The notes under the pieces were generated by a model. The model worked only from the letters and a program-made list of their open reading frames with translations, had not been told where the DNA came from and did not search any database. Positions 49,540 through 61,480 of a stretch of 64,000 nucleotides of DNA are shown in pieces. Position numbers and translations under genes: made by a program. Position 1 is the stretch's first letter, and the number at the start of each line of letters is the position of its first letter. This stretch comes from Lama glama (Eukaryota): positions 3,908,001 to 3,972,000 of the forward strand of contig CM052817.1 of the NCBI GenBank assembly GCA_028534125.1. The letters run 5' to 3'.

Positions 49540-50900
49540 AGCACTTTGTTCCTATTTTTATATTTTTAAAAATTGCCAGTTATTTGACACATACAGAGAT
49601 ATGTCATAATGCATGTGATTATGGAGCAGGATGATAAAAAAGTCAAAACAGCGATGAAGTCTACACGAAGGCTAGACCCCCTATTCTACGTGCTCCTTCC
49701 TGCCCAGACCTACCACCCCTCCACACGAGGAGCCCCTCTCCTGAATGGTACCTCAGTCATCACCTTGCTTCTTTACAGTTCGGTCAGAAAGCTGTAGCCC
49801 TAAACCATCTAGTGCTTGGCTGAGCGTGGCTTTTTGCACTCGATGTAAATAGAACGTTCTGTGTGTGTCCTTCAAGGGGTTGCCTTTTTCACTCAGGGTT
49901 ATGTGTTGATGCAAGCAGCGCTCTGCGTTCACTTTTACTGCTCTGCGCTGTTCCCTTGTACGAATGTGCCGGAATCCATGCATCCTCTTGTGAGCTGACA
50001 TTGCGGTTGCTGCCCACACTTTGCTCTCAGGAAGATGCGCCCTGGCTGTTCCTGTGCGTGTTCCCGGGACATGGGCTCTAAGCGTTCCTGTAGGTTATTG
50101 GCTAGAAAGGGATTGCTGGGCTTGGGGTGTCGGGTCATCAGCTTTACTGACGGGACACTGTTCTGAGTCCACCCTCCCCAGCAGTGGAAGACCCCGCCAT
50201 CTCTGCACGTTTACAGACTTTCTAGATTTTGCCAATCTAGTGGGTGTCCGTGGTTTTGCATGTGAATTTAATGTAATTAATTTTTCCCTGGAGAGCTTTT
50301 CATGTTTCCAGACCCTTCTCATGAGCTCTTCCAGGAGATACCTGTTTTGGGCAAATGTTTTTATTGAGTTCACTGACTTCTTGTTGACATTTGGAAGCTC
50401 TTTGTACATTTTCTGTGTTAATCACTTGTTCATTTCATAGGTGGTGGATGCATTCTCCCTACATGTGCTTGTCTTTTCATTTTGTTTATGGTATCTTAAG
50501 TTCTTGATTTATTGTAGAAGATTGTCTTCCTCTTTTGACTTGAGACATTTCATCTCACTTCCAGGGTCAGAAGGATAGTCTTCCATAATGTCTTATAAAA
50601 TTTCAAGTGCCAAATGCTTTTCACATTTAAATCTTTGATTTGATCAGAATTGATTTTTGTGTGGGGTTTGAGGTAGGGATCTAAATTAAATTTTTTCCAA
50701 AGGGAGAACAACTCTTCCAGCATCGCTAGTGACAGGTCTTCCCCTTCCCACTGCTCTATAGCGCCCGCTCCGCGGAACCTCTAGTCTCCTTACACGCCCT
50801 GCCCTGCTGGATTCTATGCTGCCCCATCGACCTAACTGTCTGCTCTTGCACCGACATCACACGCCATAAGGATCGTAACTCTATGATAAGTCTTGCTGAT
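49540..50900 (-). mobile_element. Ancient L1ME-like fragment
   Basis: Degenerate L1 antisense motifs (GATTTTGCCAATCTAGTGGGTG; TTTCACATTTAAATCTTTGAT...TTGATTTTTGTGTG...GAGGTAGGGATC). Confidence 0.6.
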
Positions 50901-53900
50901 AGGTTCTCCTCCTAAATTCATTTTTATTCTAAAAATAAGTAACTAGCTGCTCCAGTCCTATTTCTGGTGCTCACGAACACCCTCGGCTGTATGTCAGCTT
51001 GCCTTTGTGCTGGTGCTGTTTCATTTGTCCAGGAAGGGCCAGTTGTACCCTACTCCCCTGATTCCTGTGCCTGGAGCCCCAGCTGATGCCTTCTGGCTCC
51101 TTTGGACTCGGTGCAGACGGGCTCTCCTCTGTGAAGGGGGTCGGGGGGCTGGCCTGCCTGGTCACGTGCCCTTCTACAGCGCACCTTGTGCACCTTGTGT
51201 ATTTCAGTGCACAGTGCCACTCACCACACTGTGCGCTTCGTGGGCTGCAAGCATCTCACATTCAGGATCGGGTTTGTCTTGTTGCCTCTGGTAGCCTGAA
51301 CGTCTGCACTGAGTCTGGCCTCAGCCTGGGGGATGGTGCTGCTTCTGCATTGCTGCCTTCTGGCCAGCTCCTCCCCAGTGGAATGTGAGATCTTTGAAGG
51401 CTGGGCCCAGGCCTTATTCCTCTCTGCCTGTAGGGGCCTGGCGTGAAGGAGGAGCTTTGTAACTGTTTGTTGAATGACTGAATGATAGAACAAATGAGTG
51501 AGTGAACACAGGATGGGTTCCAGTGTGAGGAAACCCAGGGGAGGGACTTCACATCTACATTGACCCACCCATGATACTATGACAACAGGCTCTTTGAGGA
51601 CCTGAGGTAAGGACTACATGTCCAGACACTCCACAGGGCTGACCCAGGTCCCCTGGCTGCAGGGTTGAAATGGAGGCAGGAAGGCTGGATGGACAGGCCT
51701 GGTCCCTTTCCTGGGCACTGGCCAGACAGCAGAGAAAGCACAAAAGATTCCTGCTGCAAAATGAGACGGGCCATAAGATAGTTTAAAAATGTACAAACCC
51801 AGATGCTCTACGAAGCCAGGTGGTGGAAAGGTGGGTGCAGAATGGCATGAGAGCAAATGATCATGTTTGGGTTAAAAAAGGCCAAAGCATCCAACAGCCA
51901 GCGAGGTTTGCTTTAACGTTCCAGCATGTTCTGTTGATTTATGGCTGTTGCTAGGTAACAGAGTACACTGAGGTGGGTATGATTTTAAAGCTGTGGCTCC
52001 TGACCAAAGAAAAGCCATTAATCGGGCTGGGGGCTGGGGGAGGGTGTCAACGCAGCCCAGAGGACCAGGAACTGTTAGAAGCAATTAGAGCAAAGCCAAG
52101 GGTGTCCACCCCTCTGCGTTTGCAATCCTTCATGAGTGTATTCAGCGGCAAGGGTGGAGAGTCAGCTGCTGACATGGTTTCTCCTTCAGAAAGACAACAG
52201 CATGAATTTATCTTTTCTTTCGCAGTAAATCGATTTAGTGCATGTCTGATTTCTAACCCAGCACCGCTCGTGTGTGGAACGTATGAAGTGTGTAATCTGG
52301 ATGGTAAGGATTAATTGTCTTCATTTACGTTACAAATAACTCCAGCTTCTCAACAGCACCATTCACTTGCTGAGCACATCCTGGTACCTCTGTGCACCCT
52401 GCTGCGGGTCAGGAGCGAATGAGACAGAAGTCCCCCACTTCGTGAAGCTGACGTTTGGAGTCGGAGGGGCAGAGACGAAATAATAGTCATGCTTAACAAG
52501 CAAAGAATATTTTGCATTAAAAAGAAGAAAGAAAAAGCAAAGCCAAGTAAAGGGGGCCAAGAATAGGGGTGAGCGTCTGAGGGATGGGGAGCTGGTTGCA
52601 GTTGTAAATAGAGGACTCCTGATGGACCTCGTTGAGAAAATGATGTTTGAGCAAAGTCTTCAAGGAAGTGAGGCACTAAGCCTTGGAGATAAGGGAAGAA
52701 CAATCCAGGCAGAGGGATAATCCATCAGGTGCAAAGGCCCAGAGGCAGGCTGGAGAAACAGCAGGGAGGCCAGTGTGGCTTGGGTAGAGTGAGAGGGGAG
52801 GAGTGGGGAGAGGGAAGCAGATCATGTAGGGTCCTCAGGCCTCTGGGAGCCCGTCCTGGTGGGAAGAGGGAGGCACTTGGTGGGGAGGGAAAACTGCAGT
52901 TCACTGGGCCGTTCTGTGCTGGCTCCTGTGCTGGGGTGTTGTGCACGTGAGAGGTGTGGGACTCACTTATGGAGTTCGTGGACGAGCAGGCTGAGCCCCT
53001 GGTGAAGGGCTGGCAGGAGGTCGAACAGCTGATGAGAGGCCGAGCCCGGGTCCAGGCTTCCACCTGCCGGCTCCTTCTTTGCCTTTGCCTCCCACAAACT
53101 CCGTCTTATTCTTCAAGGCGCATCTCAGAGGTCCCCTCCTTCTGAAGCTTTTTCTGACCCCAGCTGGACACCTTATGTTTGGTGCTGCCACAGCCCCTGA
53201 GCTGCCCCCTTCTTGTGTTTCAGGTCCTTCCTCTGGGCCGTGGGCCCCTCAGGGCCTGTCCCCAGGATGATTTACACTTTGTCCCCAGAGCTCACTCAGC
53301 AAGTGGCTACTGGACAAATGAATGGGAAGGAAGGGGAGGGGGAGAGAGGGAGCAGGTAGGGAGGGTGCACATGTGCAGGGAGGCCTCTGAGAGAGACGAG
53401 TGGTGTATGGGGCAGTGGGCGCTGAGCTGGGAGGAACGTCCACTGCAGGCTGAGTGTCTCCAACACACACCTCTTTGCAGGCCCATGTGTGTCCTGCTGC
53501 TCCAGGACGCCACCCTTAGGCGGCGGGTGCTGGTCTGAGTCCTGGAGAGCCGAGCTCTGTCCCATCATTGCCCTCCTCACTTGGTACAGTGGTAGCCACC
53601 TTTCGGTGGGGAGGAGACCTCACCCCGTACGGACCCCTGAAGATCCCCCCACACCCACCCTCAGCACAGGGCTTCCTGGGGGGCCCGGAGGTGGCGGGGC
53701 TGGAGGGCGGAACTGCAGGGGCTCCAAGGAGCTGGGATGTGCATTCTGGGGTCTCAGCCTGCTGGCAGGGCCTCCGCTGACTCACAGCCTCCTCAGTCTC
53801 TGCTTGGAGGGGGGACTAGGGTGAATGTGTAGAACTTGACACCCAAGCACGGTGGCTGTGGGGAAGTAGAAAGAGAATCAACTCTACCTTTGTTCATTTA

Positions 53901-56189
53901 TTATTCATTCATTCATTCACACCCTCAGAAATTGTCGAGCACCTACCATGGCCTAGTGCTGTTTTGGCTGGGAGGCCCTGTGCTTGTGAAGTGTGTATTC
54001 TGGAGACACAGGTGACACAGGTGGAGAGTGAACAGACAAACAAGGAAATGATAATATTCTAGGTTATCACATAAAGCCAAGGGCTGGAGCAGCAAAAAAT
54101 GAAGCAGGGAAAAGGATTAGAGAGAGAGAGTTGCCATTTCCAATGAAGTCACATCAAGGAAGGCCTATCTGAGGAGGGGATATTTGATTTGGGAGCAGAG
54201 GAAGGGAAGAAGCCAGCAGAGGAGTCAGGGGAGAGTGAGACCTCACATCAGCCTGGACACTCACAGCTGCATGGATGGTCCACTCTCAGCTGCAGATGGG
54301 GTCCCACGACACTCACCTGGCCAGGTGCCAGTGAAGCACCTTGCTCTGTGCCTGGGACACAGTAGGTGCTCATCACATGCTGCAAGGACAGCTGTGAGTG
54401 CCTCCAGTTGTGGGACTGGCCACCCCTGTGGCTCCCTGGGCCTTGGTGCCTTATCCAGTGCCCCAGGCTCAGTGACCACTCGGAGCTCCTCTCCAGCCAG
54501 TCTCTCTGGGTCAGGATCCTGACCCCAAACTCCAGTTCCGGACCTGAGGCCCATGCTGCCGAGGGCCGTCCTGTTCCTCATGTCCCTGCTGCAGATTCCC
54601 CCACCTCCATGGGGCCCTGTCCGAGTGTGGCTGAGTGTGGGTTCCTGGAAATCAGAGCCTGGAAAGCACATGGGTGCAGGCAGTTTATTTGGGAGGGGAA
54701 CCAAGTGTGCATCACTGGTCCCTGCTGTAGGGAAAGGGGACTCCAATCCACTGAGATGTGAACAGAAGATTCCAGAGCTGATCCCTGAAAGGGAGGGGTA
54801 GCAGCAACTCTCCAGGAACTCTCCTTCCAAATTAGCGGAGGGCGTCCCCAAGCGGCACTAACACCCCGCACTCCAGGCTGCGTGGGCTCAAGACCCAGCG
54901 GCGAAGGTGGAGGCCCGGGAGCAGAACGCAGCAGGACACCGGGGTCCTGGGTGACCTGGGCCTGGGCGACAGTCCACTGAGCTGTGGCTAGACCAGAGGC
55001 GGGCTGAGGCTCTCATGACATCTTTTCTAGCCTCAGTCTCATTCTTAAGCACCATGGCCCTGGGCAGGCCAAAGATGGGACCTGCCTGGCTGTAGGGCCT
55101 GGCCTGGGGGTGGGCAGGTGACCAGGCTGGGGTTTGTGACTGCGGTGAGTCGGGAGGGGCGCTCCTGCTCCGGCCAAGATGCTGTGAGATGTGACTCCCA
55201 ACCTGCTGCTGGCCGTGGTCTCCCCACATCCAGAGAAGTCCACCTGCAGCAAAGGGGGAGCGGCAGGGGATGAGGCCACTCGAGACCCCCAGGGGGAAAC
55301 AGAGGCGAGGCAGCCTGGGTCCAAAGCAGTTCAAGCCCCAGGATCCACGTGTCTCCAGGCGGGGCCCGCTTTCTGAGGCTTGGGTTTGTGCTGCCCTTTC
55401 GCTAAGCCAGTTTGGACTGGCTCTCTGTCACTTGCAACCCGAGTGCTGATTAACACTGCCTGTCATCCCTGGCACCGCCGTGGGGCCCTCGAGGACAGCA
55501 GTTCTCAGGCCCTGCAGCAAGGCCAGCAGGTAGAGCCCGGCCACGGCAATGGTGCCCCCTCTCCAGGCTCTGCTCCAGGACCGGCCCAGCTGCCCTCTGG
55601 TATGAACCAGTCCCCCTCTTCCTTGGCTCTCCAAGGCCCTCACGGTTCCAACAGCCCCACTGGATTTGCCTTTCTGGTTCCCTGAGGGATACGTGGGGTA
55701 GCCCTGTAGCCCAGTATGGCCCCTGGCTTGACCCACCGAGACACTCACCCAAGCCGGCCCTGCACCGCCTCCCCAGGGCGGAAACGCTGCCCCGCCCCCT
55801 ATGGGAGGCACCGTGTGGGAGGGAAGGGGAGGGGCTGGCCCCCTGAGTTGCTGATAGGCTTCCCCAGTCATCCATTCATTCATTAATTCATCCAACAATT
55901 ACTGCAGGAGCCCCTGCTGCCTGCCAGGCACTGGGGGCGCACACAGCAGTGACCACACAAGCAAGGGTCCCTGCCCCGTGGAGCTGACACTGTAGTGAGA
56001 GAAGCCAACAACACGAAGACTAGTTGGTAAAATAAATGCTATATTAGTGATAATCACTACAGAAACAGAAGTAAAGCAGGGCAGGGGGTATGAAACATTG
56101 CGGCTAAGGCTGCAATTTTAGATAGAGCAGTGCCCCTTTTTAAGCAAGGGGAGAGGCTTGGAGCTAGAAAACTACAAGAAAACTGTTAG

Positions 56190-58960
56190 CCAATCTGACT
56201 TCTAAACATAGATTCAAAAACTCAAATAAAAATATTAGCAAAACAAATCTGGCTTTACATATACATATGCATATGTTGGGTCTGCTCTGGGAATATAAGA
56301 ATGGTTTAAAGATAAACTATTAATTTAATTCACTCACTCCAATAGATTAAAGGTAAAAAGCAAAATGGTCATATCATTAGATACAGCGAAACAAAGCAAT
56401 TAGCTAAACCAAAAACACCCACATTAGACAAATGTTGACACTCATTCTTGACAAACTCTCCCAGAAAACTAGGGAGGGGGAGAAAGGGCATCTATCAAAA
56501 CCCAACAGCAAACATCAGTTTTCATAGTGGAACTTTCAAAGCATTGCTAGACTAAAGACAAAGATGCATGCTTTCGGTCATCACTGATATTCAACTCTAC
56601 CCCATACTGGAACTAACTGGACCGGACAGAAAATGGGGAAAGAATGGCGAGAAAAAGCCCAAATGGTCTTTAATCGCAGACATGATTGTCTATATGGAAA
56701 ATCCAACAGAATCTGCTCTCAAAATATTTGGAACCATATGACACTTCAACAAAACTGCTGGATACAGGACAGCACAGTAAAGCCAGCAGCATTTCTCCCG
56801 AGCAGCAATACCAGTTAGAACACATACGAGGAGGCAAACCCCATTCACAAAAGCAGTGAAATCTGCGGGACACTTAAGATTAAATCCTAGGACAGATGTG
56901 CAAGCCCTATACGGAGGCACTGCAGCAGCGAGGGTCAGAGTGGAGCCTCCAACCCACGTCGCAGCCCTGCTGCTGAGTGGCTTAGGTTACTTGACCACTC
57001 CCTGCCCCAGTTTCCTCATTTGTAAAAGCAGACAATCATATCATCTGTCGCTCCTGGAAGTTGGGAAGATTAACTGAGTTAAACACAGAGCATTTAGAAC
57101 AGCAGGCGGCACATATTAACACATAAATGTTCGCTAGCATCGTTAGGAAAAAACTACAACACTTAACTGAAGAACATGAAAGAGTATCTGAATAAATACA
57201 GAGATAGACCATGCCCATGGACGAGACAATTCAGCAGCAGAAGTGGATCATAATCCCCACGTTAAATGTATCAGTTCTTTGCAGTTTCAGTGAGAATGAC
57301 AGAGGGGTGTTTAACGGAATCTGATAAACTGAAGATTTATACTGAAAAGCAAAGGTTCAAGAAAAGTCAAAACAACTTTGAAGAAAAGCAAAGGCTGGTG
57401 CCATTTGATCTACTTGAAACTGACTTATTATAAAACTATAATACCCAAGGCACATGGGCCAGATGAAAAAGACAATGGAACAGAACAGAGTCCAGAAATG
57501 CACCCACACCTTTACGGGAACTTGGTGCAGAAGAGAACTGGCATTACAATCAGTGGGAGAAAGATGGACTAGTGAAGAAATGATTTGGAAACTAGGTTCT
57601 TCTTAAGGAAAAGTATTTAATTAGATCCATACCTGACCCCAAACAGAACATTATGCTCTAGATGGGCTACAATGTACAAAGGAAAAACATTTATAACCCA
57701 GGGGATAGAGAAGTATTTATCAAACAAGACACAAAAGGCAAAATACTTAAAAGAAAATATTGATAAATTCCACTACATCAAAATTAGCAACTTTTGTAGG
57801 AAAAAAAGTGTCCTAAACAAAATTAAGAGAAAAGCAACACATTAGAAGAGCGTGTTTGCAACACACGTAAACAGATAGAGGACGAACCCAAATTACATAA
57901 GAAATCAGTAAGAAAAGGCCAAAAGGGGCAAAGGGAAGAAAGAGCAACTCTTAGAGAAGGAAACAGAGATTCTCAGCCTCACCAGAGATCAGGAAATGCA
58001 AAGTCAACAACCGTCATCTGTCAGCTCAGCCGCCAGCCCAAGTGCGCTTACGTCAGTTTCAAGTTTTACTCAGAATCTGATACTCCGCCGTAAGAGTGCA
58101 AACTGTTTCTTGACATGGTAACATGTAGAAAGTTACATACATACACCACGACCCTGCCTCCAGGTGTCCCTCCTGGGAAAACTGCACGCTTGGGTGGGAG
58201 GGACTAGGTACAATCACTCACTGCAGTGTTGTTTGAAATCCCAACAAACTGGAAACAACCTAAATATTCATCAAGGTGGATGGAGGGGGTGGGAGAAATA
58301 ATTAATTAATTGTAGTCACCAGTATGCTCGTAAATGTTTAACAACCTACTATCTGCCGGGGAAAGCCTGAATCTGCGGCATTTGCTGACTTCTGGGCTGT
58401 GAATAGTCCCATCATGGCAGACTTCTAGCTGCCATCGTGCCATCACTGAACACAGAGTCAGGAAGAGACACATGCAATCAGCTCCTGCAAAAAGGAACCT
58501 GGGGCAGGCTCCCACACACCACTGAGTGTTTTCTCCCAGCATTCAAGATCAACGAAGAAACCAGATAGAGCTGAAAAAGTAAGGCTTAGGGAGGAAAAAA
58601 AGCAATTTGCAATATGGTGCAATCAACATGACAATGTTTGTATACATTTTAAAATTAAGTGAAATGATACAAGGCATGTATATGCATTAAAAGATAGAAT
58701 ATGGATGAGAAAAAATGTAAATGTGGGAACAGTGTTTGCCTCTGGAGAGAGAAAGGGAAGGTTAGGACGAGGAAGGGATGGACAGGAACTTCAATATACC
58801 TCTGATTTCTATTTCTTAAATTAAAAGATCTGAAGCAAATATGTCAGAATCTTAATGTCGATTGCTTTTGAACCAATCTTCAAAAGGTTGGGGGGTTGTA
58901 ATAATACACTATAGTCTCCATTTATTTGAACTATTTCATTAAAATAAATACAATACAAAA
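56190..58960 (+). mobile_element. Ancient L1M ORF2/3' fragments with MIR and hAT (MER63-like, ~58318-58525) insertions
   Basis: AAATAAAATATTAGCAAA, GCAGACATGATTGTCTATATGGAAAATCC, TATTATAAAACTATAATA, AACTGGAAACAACCTAAAT motifs. Confidence 0.65.
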
Positions 58961-59437
58961 AAAAAAAAGGTATGGTCATGATTGTGTGAAATCAAAACTC
59001 TGCCTTGAAAGACCCTGGCATGAGACACTCCAAAAGGTTTTTGGTAATAATGTTTGGACTTAGGACAAGAGCTTTTTTATTTTCCTTTATTTGCACATTT
59101 TACATCATAAGTGTTACTTTTTGGCAGAAAAATCAGTTAACTTGTGAGTTGGGGATGGATGATGGCTCTGGGTCCTTCTCTGCTGTCATCGCCGTTTGCT
59201 GGGCCTTAGCGCATCTCCGCCTCCTTAGACAGTCTCCATCCAGAAGCACAAGGACCCATGCGGGGGGTGGGCAGGCTGGGCTTTGTCTAACACTTCACTG
59301 GAGAAGAGATTCATCCTGGCACTGCTTCAGGAAGCCTCCCCAGGTGAAGCAGATGGTTGACAGTGATGAGAAGAACTAGAAGACCACCCTGGAACTCCCT
59401 GTGGGACCTCGGTGGTCACAGAGGGGAAAGGGGACAG

Positions 59438-59491
59438 AGTTACATTAGTAACAATTAGTTACATTAGTAATAATTAGTTACATTAGTAACA
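59438..59491. repeat. 19-bp tandem repeat x~2.8 (AGTTACATTAGTAAYAATT)
   Basis: Read directly from the sequence. Confidence 0.9.
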
Positions 59492-59629
59492 GCTGGTATG
59501 GGTTGACTGGACAAGCTTTGGATTCACACAGACCTGCTAAATCTCAGCTCTGCCACTTACTAGCTGAGTAACTTGGGAAGTGACTTGGTACCTGTTTTTT
59601 TCACTTATAAAATGAATACTTTAGTAGAC

Positions 59630-60430
59630 TGTGTTATTGTGCAAAATATCTGTGGCCCCTCCTTGGGAGAGAAGTGTACTTACATGCGCCATTGAGATCA
59701 CAGGACCATGTGACCTATAGTGTCCCCCCCTGCCCTTTGTACTTGAGGGGTGGTTATGCAACTTACTTGGGCCACTGAAGCTCTAAGAGTGAGCTCATGC
59801 CCCCATCTCTCTTTTGCCTCTGCCATGACCCCAGCAACGCCCAAATTTAGGGCTGCTCCATCAGCCTGGCTCCCAGAGTAAAAATGACAAGGATCAGAGC
59901 TGCAGCCAACTTGTGATGGCCATCTGGCATGAGGGAGAAATCAATTCTGTAAGTCACTGCATTTTGAAGGGTCATCCATTGCTGTAATAAAACCTAGTCC
60001 ATTCTGGCTGAGACAGAGTCCTCGTGTTTTGAGGATAGAATGAGATAACACATGTGAAGTGCTGAGCCGCCACCTGATATGCAGAGATGCAGCGTATAGG
60101 AGAGGTTTTGCTGCAGTAACAACCAACCTACAAATCTCAGTGACCAGATGCAGCATGTGTTTATTTCCAGTCACACTGCACTTCTAGTGGGGTCCCTGAT
60201 CCTTGTAGTCATTCAGGGACCATGGCTAATAGATGCTTTACTTTAACAGATGCTTTCTTTCAAGACCCAAAGTCATGGGTCGGGGGAGAATCTGGCAAGC
60301 CACACTCAGGCTCTTAAAGATCTGACTAAGAGACACCAGTCACTTCTTCACAATTCACTGCCCAAAGCAAGTCTTATGATTGTGCCTAATTTTTAAAGCG
60401 ATGGGAAGTACAAATCTATACCACGGGATA
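59630..60430. mobile_element. Old MLT1 (J/K-like) LTR fragments with an intervening MIR-like piece
   Basis: GGCTGCTCCATCAGCCTGG...GAGCTGCAGCCAAC...TAAGTCACTG; GCTGCAGTAACAACCAACC. Confidence 0.5.
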
Positions 60431-61029
60431 GGATAGGCGAGAAGCCGGGTATGTGAGGTCAGCACTAAGACTTCCCTGTGGCCATTCAATGAATGACAGA
60501 TGCTGCTTAGAGTAATCACTCATTGGGACAATTTAAGCTGATTCCAAATGAAGAAAATTGGATGCTGGAATAGCATGCTAGGCAGGGGACAAGCATGTGC
60601 AAATGCAGTCTTGCAGGGGCCTGTCTTGCTCAGAAAATTGCAAAGGTCCAGGTGCATAGAGGGAATTGGCTAGAGATGCAGTTTGGGGCCATATTGCTAA
60701 GACTTCAGAATTTCAATTTTAGCACCTGAAAGCTGGAAGCCTTGAAACATTTTAAGCAGGAAAGTGAATGGTCAGATTTCAGTCCATAGGAGAGAGGGGG
60801 AGCCCCTGAATGTCAGCGGGGTGGTGAGGCTGGCAAGAGGAGGGGGAGGATTTGAGAACTCTGAGAGCAAGTCAACAGGACTGGAAGATAGACAGGCTGT
60901 GAGGGCTTGAGCGTGAGGGGTCAAGGATGACTCCAGCTCACCCTGAGTGTGAAGGAGGAGGAGGGGCAGTCTCGGTTTCAGGAGAGCATGTCCAATGCAG
61001 TGTTGGAGGTGGTGAGTGGCTAAAGTCAC

Positions 61030-61480
61030 AAACAACAGGAATACCTTGTTTGACGAGGTTGTGGAGCAACAGGAACTCTCTTAAACTATCTCTTTGGTAA
61101 ACTCTGGTATCAGTTACTAAATCTCCAAGTACACACACCCCAACATCTGGCAATCCCCTGATGAGTGCATATGCCCAATGGAAGTAAGTCCACATGATGC
61201 TGAGACAGACCTTTATTCATAATAACCTCCAAATGAAAACAAGCTAAGTGCCCATCACTAGAAGTATTTGTACATTCCAGTGCATTGCAGTGTACTTGTA
61301 CAACGGAATACTATACAACAGTGAAAATGAACCAACTATAGCTGCATATATGTAATGAGTGGACCACAGAAACACAACGCTGAGCAAAAGAAACTAGGTA
61401 TAAAAACATTCATGCTCTATGATTCTATTTACAGAAAGCTCCCAACTAGCACAATTATGGTATGAGAAGGCAGGGTCACC
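61030..61480 (+). mobile_element. Ancient L1ME 3' fragment
   Basis: GAGGTTGTGGAGCAACAGGAACTCTC...ACAACGGAATACTATACAACAGTGAAAATGAA...TATGATTCTATTTA. Confidence 0.65.
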
